NCBI RefSeq assembly: GCF_009914755.1
Contig: NC_060925.1
DNA from: the human T2T-CHM13v2.0 reference genome, Homo sapiens
DNA length: 64,000 nucleotides
Reading direction: 5' to 3' (one strand)
Made by a program: the position numbers and the translations under genes. Under the pieces are notes generated by a model, which saw only the letters and a list, made by a program, of their open reading frames with translations, was not told the origin of the DNA and did no database searches. Shown in pieces: positions 59,130 through 64,000 of the stretch (position 1 is the first letter of the stretch; every line of letters begins with the position of its first letter).

Positions 59130-61004
59130 TCACAGGAGATTCTCCTCACTGCTTCTGAAGTGTGATTGAAAGGGGCTGAGGTGTGGATGGATGTCAGCCC
59201 TGCTTTCCTTCATGGCCACCCAGAAGCTTTTGGATGCTTTGGGTAGGACAAACCTCCAAGGAGCTTTCGGGTCACAAAGGGCCCACCTTCTTGGGCACTG
59301 GCGGGATCTGTCTGCCCAGTTCCTGGTTGCCCAAGCCCATCCCATCATCCAGCCTGCCCACAGACGCCCCTGCCACATGCTTCTGGCTGCCTGTCCCTTC
59401 ATCCCGGCTCCTGTCTCTCCTCGTCTCCCTGATCAATAGCAACCAGCCAGGAAAGCAGTCCCACAGTGTTTCAGGCCCACTCCTTTAATCTCTCCCGAGG
59501 CTGAGAACAGCCTCTTTCTAGCCACCCAGCCCCTTTATTAAACTTCCTTCCTGCCCCCAGTCCTGCTGCTGCCTTTGTGAGGTAAGTTGGACTTGTGTTT
59601 CTGTCTTTGGAGAACAGCTCTGCAATAGAAATGGCTTCCTGAAGGCAGGAGCTGCCTCTGAGCTGCCTCCAAGCCAGCCTGGGGCCTGCAGTACAGATGC
59701 TGGGAATGGGCGGCCGACAGAACCAAGCCATATCCTATCCTTAGACCCAATCCCAGACAGCAGGACCATGTGGCTCCCAATGTGGAGATAAGAGGGAAGC
59801 AGTAGCGACATCTGGGCATCACTTGGCAGCGTGGCTTTGGCTGCTCAGCACGTGCTTGCTAGATAATCCCTGATGGCTGTTATGGCTTACACATTTAACC
59901 ACTTCCCTTTGGTACATGTGTAGAGGTGCTGGGTAAGCATCTTGTCAACTTTAACACAGCTGACAAAGTTATGACACCAAGAATGCTTAGACTTTGCAGT
60001 TTTCCCCGAACTCCGGCTGATCCTGTTAAAATGTCTCTCCTTCCAGAGAGCTGATTTGTGCCCCCAAATTTTCTCATCTCAGCAGGCAGGGTCTCTTTGC
60101 CAGAAAAAAGAAAAATCTGTTGTCATCCAGATACTCTGATTTAGCATTATCTGAGAGGAAGGCATGTTTCCTATCTGGTTTGTTGCTGATTTTCCAGTTG
60201 GTTTCCGTGGGACGGAGCCATGGAGAAGGATGCAGGAGGATAGCTGGAGACACTTGCATTTTTAAGCTCCTCTCCTCCAATGCAAAGCCTTAAAATGCGT
60301 GGGATTTTCCCTCTTGTTAAGGCTGCAGTCTTCATGCCTCTTCTCAGTTGGAGAGTGATAAAGTTTGAACAAATCCCTTTATTTATGTTGGAAGTATCTG
60401 AGTGTGAAAATCCTTTTCTGCCCTTAAAATTACTCGATCCGTTTTTTTCTCTTTTTTAAATGATCAGTTTAATACATGCCCATTATAGTGAAATTAGAAA
60501 TTACAAACAAGAACCAGAAGGAAAAGTTGCTGAAGTTCCACTACCGTGTATCCCTGCAGATGCGTTCCCATACAGATGAACAGATATAAATCTGTATTTT
60601 GAAAAAAAGGAAGAAAGGAAAGAGAAGATATGTATTTCTGCATACACAGAATCATTTGATAAATGCCGTCTTGTGACCTGCAGTTTCACTTTTCAGTATT
60701 TTGGGATCTTCTGAAGCTGTCAGATGGTAAACACCTGAAGTGTCATAGTCGATGGCTGTCCAGTATTCTATCACATGGATGGACTGTTGTTATATAGTCT
60801 ATTATATTGCATTTACTGGACATTTAGGTTATTTCTGATTTTGGGCCAATCTAAGCACTGGTGAGATGAGTGTCTTAATTTGGTTCACTAATCTTTACAC
60901 ATTTGCCTTAGTGTTGTCTTAGGATAAGTTTTTAGAACAGGACTAGCTAACATTTTCAAGCATTTACCACGTGCCACTCTGCTAAGGGCTTTAAGTATAT
61001 TATC

Positions 61005-61305
61005 AGTCAGGCATGGTGGCTCACGCCTGTAATACCAACACTTTAGGAGGCCAAGGCAGGAGGATCATTTGAGGCCAGGAGACCTGGAAAGTCTACGACT
61101 TAGGGAGACCCTGTCTCTACAAGAAATTTAAAAATTGGCTGGGTATGGTGGCACATGCCAGTAGTCCTAGGTATTCAAGAGGCTAAGGTGGAAGGATCAC
61201 TTGAGCCCAGGAGTTTGAGGCTGCAGTGAACTATGATTGCATCACTGCACTCCAGCCTCGGTGACAGAGCAAGACCCTATGTCAGATAAATAAATAAATA
61301 AATAA
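61005..61305 (+). mobile_element. AluJ-like with (TAAA)n tail, inside a MIR
   Basis: Diverged dimer; MIR core follows (ttttacagataaggaaactgagtc). Confidence 0.85.
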
Positions 61306-63333
61306 TCTATTGAATCTTACACATGATTCTATACAGAAATATCCACATTTTACAGATAAGGAAACTGAGTCATGGAGAGGTTGGGTACCTTGTTTGGGGT
61401 CACACAGCTGGCAAACTGCAGAGCCAGTATTGGAACCCAAGCTCTCTGACCCCAGAAGCTTCTGATGCAAAAGGTTAGGTCTGTTTAGCCTTGCTGCATG
61501 GTATAAGGATGCCTGTCCCTTGCTTCCTCTCTTCCAGCTCTTTACCCTGTGGTCTCCTGGAGTCCTCTCACACCCACACTTGCATAACAGGAACAGGGAA
61601 GGAAGAATCGGCAGTGTTTGTGCCATGCCTGAAGGATCACAAAGCATTGTCCCACATGACCCAGATGTGCATCTAGCACCCCTTCCTGGATTCTCAGTCC
61701 CTGGGAGGTACCTTCTAGGGAACCATCCAGAGACGGGAACATGTGGCCACTGGAGACCTGCCTTAGGGGAGTTGTGGGCGTGTTGGTCGGGGCTCAGCCA
61801 AGTTGTGCTGGGAGAGTCTGTGCTCTCCCTAGACCAGGTTCTTTACAGAGACTGGACTCTGGCGGGGGGGAATCCTTGCAGGCCATTCTAGGGAGAGTTG
61901 GACATGCGCAGGGCAGCCTGGGAGTCTGAGTCCTCAGCAGAGAGTGTTCTGGGAAAAGAAGAATGCTGAGTGAGATACAATGCTAGACAGGGGATGTGGG
62001 TGATTTACTTGGTGAGAATGCCCCTAGACTGGGCAAATCTAAGGCCAGGGCCCTGAAGCGGGCCACCTGTTTTGCACAGACTACTCACCTGCAAGCACTT
62101 AAGACAGGCTTGTGGCCCAGAGGTAAGAGCAGAGCCCTCCTCTCATGACCCTACTAGGCCTGGCTGTTTGTCAGTGGCTCTGTCCTTTGGGGATAATCAG
62201 AGTTCCAGCTGCCTGTGCCATGGGGAACAGGGTGTGGCTGGTTCCAGTACACAGGCAGAATAGGGCATACCATCTCCAAGCAGCAGGGGCTGTAGGATTC
62301 CCACCTTAGTTGCCTTGCAGGGAATGTCTTGGTCCAGCAGAAGAGACAGAATGGGGAGGGCTTGCCCTCCACTTGGCCCAGTTATCTCTTCCCGATTTAT
62401 CCATAGATTGAGCTTGATGATCCAGACTCATATTCATTCAACTAATCACATGAGTTATTTCTGCAATTTGGGTCTTCAAATAAGTACACTTGGTTGCTGA
62501 ATATGTGATCAGCCACAGATTTCTTATTCTTTAAAACTCAGGGAGCGGAAATGCCAACGTATAAAGCCATCAGCACGAGGCAGAGATTTCCAAAGCACTA
62601 AAATCACACCATTCAAAGTGCTGGCCCCTGGACTTACCGTCAAGCTGCCACTTGGCCCATCAGTGCTCTGTGCAGAGCCCAGGTAGGGGGGCTTTATCTG
62701 TAAAACCCAGGGAGGAAGGCAATCAATACGTAATCTTTTCACATTCTTTTTACTTAACAAGAGAATTGGTTTGCCTCTGAAGTAACTTGATCTGGAGGAG
62801 AAAATGCATTTGAGGGCTTTTAAAGGGTGCAGACCAACTGGGAAAGGCTACTTCAGGCCTTGAGGTTGGGAAGGTCAGCTTCTGTTCTGCTCTGAGCTTT
62901 GCTGTAACCTTGAACAACTTCGCCTCTTCCTCCTTATCATCAGGGTCCCTGGTACAATGAACCAGCCACTGGACAGGACTTACCATTCATTCATTTGTTC
63001 ATTCAGTGAGCCACTGTTGAACCGCTACAGAAATCCAAGTAGTGGATTAGGCCCTGGAGATTTCAGAGATAAACCCGACCTGGATCTGCATTTACATTGC
63101 TTGTAATTGTCAAATGGAAGACAGCTGCAAACAGTTAAGATGCAGGCGTGGGAAACAAATATTGGGAGTAGAAAGGAAGGGCCTGTAGCCTCTGTTTAGT
63201 CACTCTATGAGGAACTGCCTGGGGCAAGGATTGTGGCTTCTGTTCCTATCTGGGGGAGGCTGGGATGGACCCCCAGGATGGACCCTGTCAGAAGTCATGA
63301 ACTGGCTGTAGGAGAGCAGCTGTTTGCTCCTTT

Positions 63334-63943
63334 TGTTCCCAGAAAGGGGTCCCAATCCAGATCCCATGAGAAAGTTCATTGGACCTTACACAAGAAAGAA
63401 TTTGGGGCGAGTCCATAAAGTGAAAGTAAGTTTATTGAGAAAGTAAAGGAATAAAGAATGGCTACTCCATAGGCAGAACAGCAGCCTGGGCTGCTTGACT
63501 GAATATACTTACAGTTATTTCTTGACCATATGCTAAACAAGGGATGGATTATTCATGAGTTTTCCAGGGAAGGGGTGGGCAATTCCCTGAACTGAGGGTT
63601 CCTCCCTTTTTTAGACCATATATGGTAACTTCCTGATGTTGCCATGGCATTTATAAATAGTCATGGCGCTGGTGGGAGTGCCTTTTAGCATGCTAATATA
63701 TTATAATTAGTGCCTAATGAGCAATGAGGACAATGGGAGGTCACTTTCATCACCATCTTGGTTTTTGTGGGCTTTGGCCAGCTTCTTTACCATAGCCTGT
63801 TTTATCAGCAAGGTCTTTGTGACCTGTATCTTCAGCTACCCCCGCCCATCTCATCCTGTGACTAAGAATGCCTAACCTCCTGGGAATGCAGCCCAGTAGG
63901 TCTCAGCTTCATTTTACCCAGTCCCTATTCAAGATGGAGTTGC
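63334..63943 (-). mobile_element. MER41 (B-type) ERV1 solo LTR, interrupted near its 5' end by an Alu (63945-64000, +)
   Basis: Reverse complement matches MER41 (gcaactccatcttgaatagg...gccatggcaacatcaggaagttacc...ggagtagccattc...ggacccctttctgggaaca) and includes the B-type segment with tandem GAS-like sites. Confidence 0.88.
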
Positions 63944-64000
63944 AGCCAGGCACAGTGGCTCATGCCTGTAATCCCAGCACTTTGGGAGGCCAAGGCAGGC

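Overview
Primate (human-like) euchromatic DNA, almost entirely intronic. The only well-supported coding sequence is a 97-bp internal exon on the + strand (41778-41874, MMQFAWQSYKRYAMGKNELRPLTKDGYEGNMF-G). It encodes the start of the GH47 catalytic domain of Golgi alpha-1,2-mannosidase IC (MAN1C1, most likely exon 2), so the window covers the 3' part of one large intron and the 5' part of the next. The rest is about 30 Alus, old L1/L2/MIR pieces, DNA transposon fossils (MER20, MER63, MER44A, Tigger2, MER5A) and solo LTRs (MLT1/MLT2, MER21, MER41). Nearly all ORFs in the supplied track are Alu/L1-derived or chance ORFs. Most notable unexplained items: (1) a ~1.2-kb repeat-free, high-complexity, CpG-elevated block at ~19.8-21.0 kb with clustered TAATTAT, GC-box/AP-1/TATA-like motifs and a possible RT-motif relic; (2) a ~430-bp local copy of unique DNA inserted into a MIR; (3) abutting and fused inverted Alus; (4) a candidate cryptic exon and recursive-splice-like sites; (5) a MER41B-type LTR retaining a GAS motif. 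I cannot demonstrate a new biological system from sequence alone. Repeat subfamily names are from recognition of consensus sequences, not from a search, and repeat boundaries are approximate.
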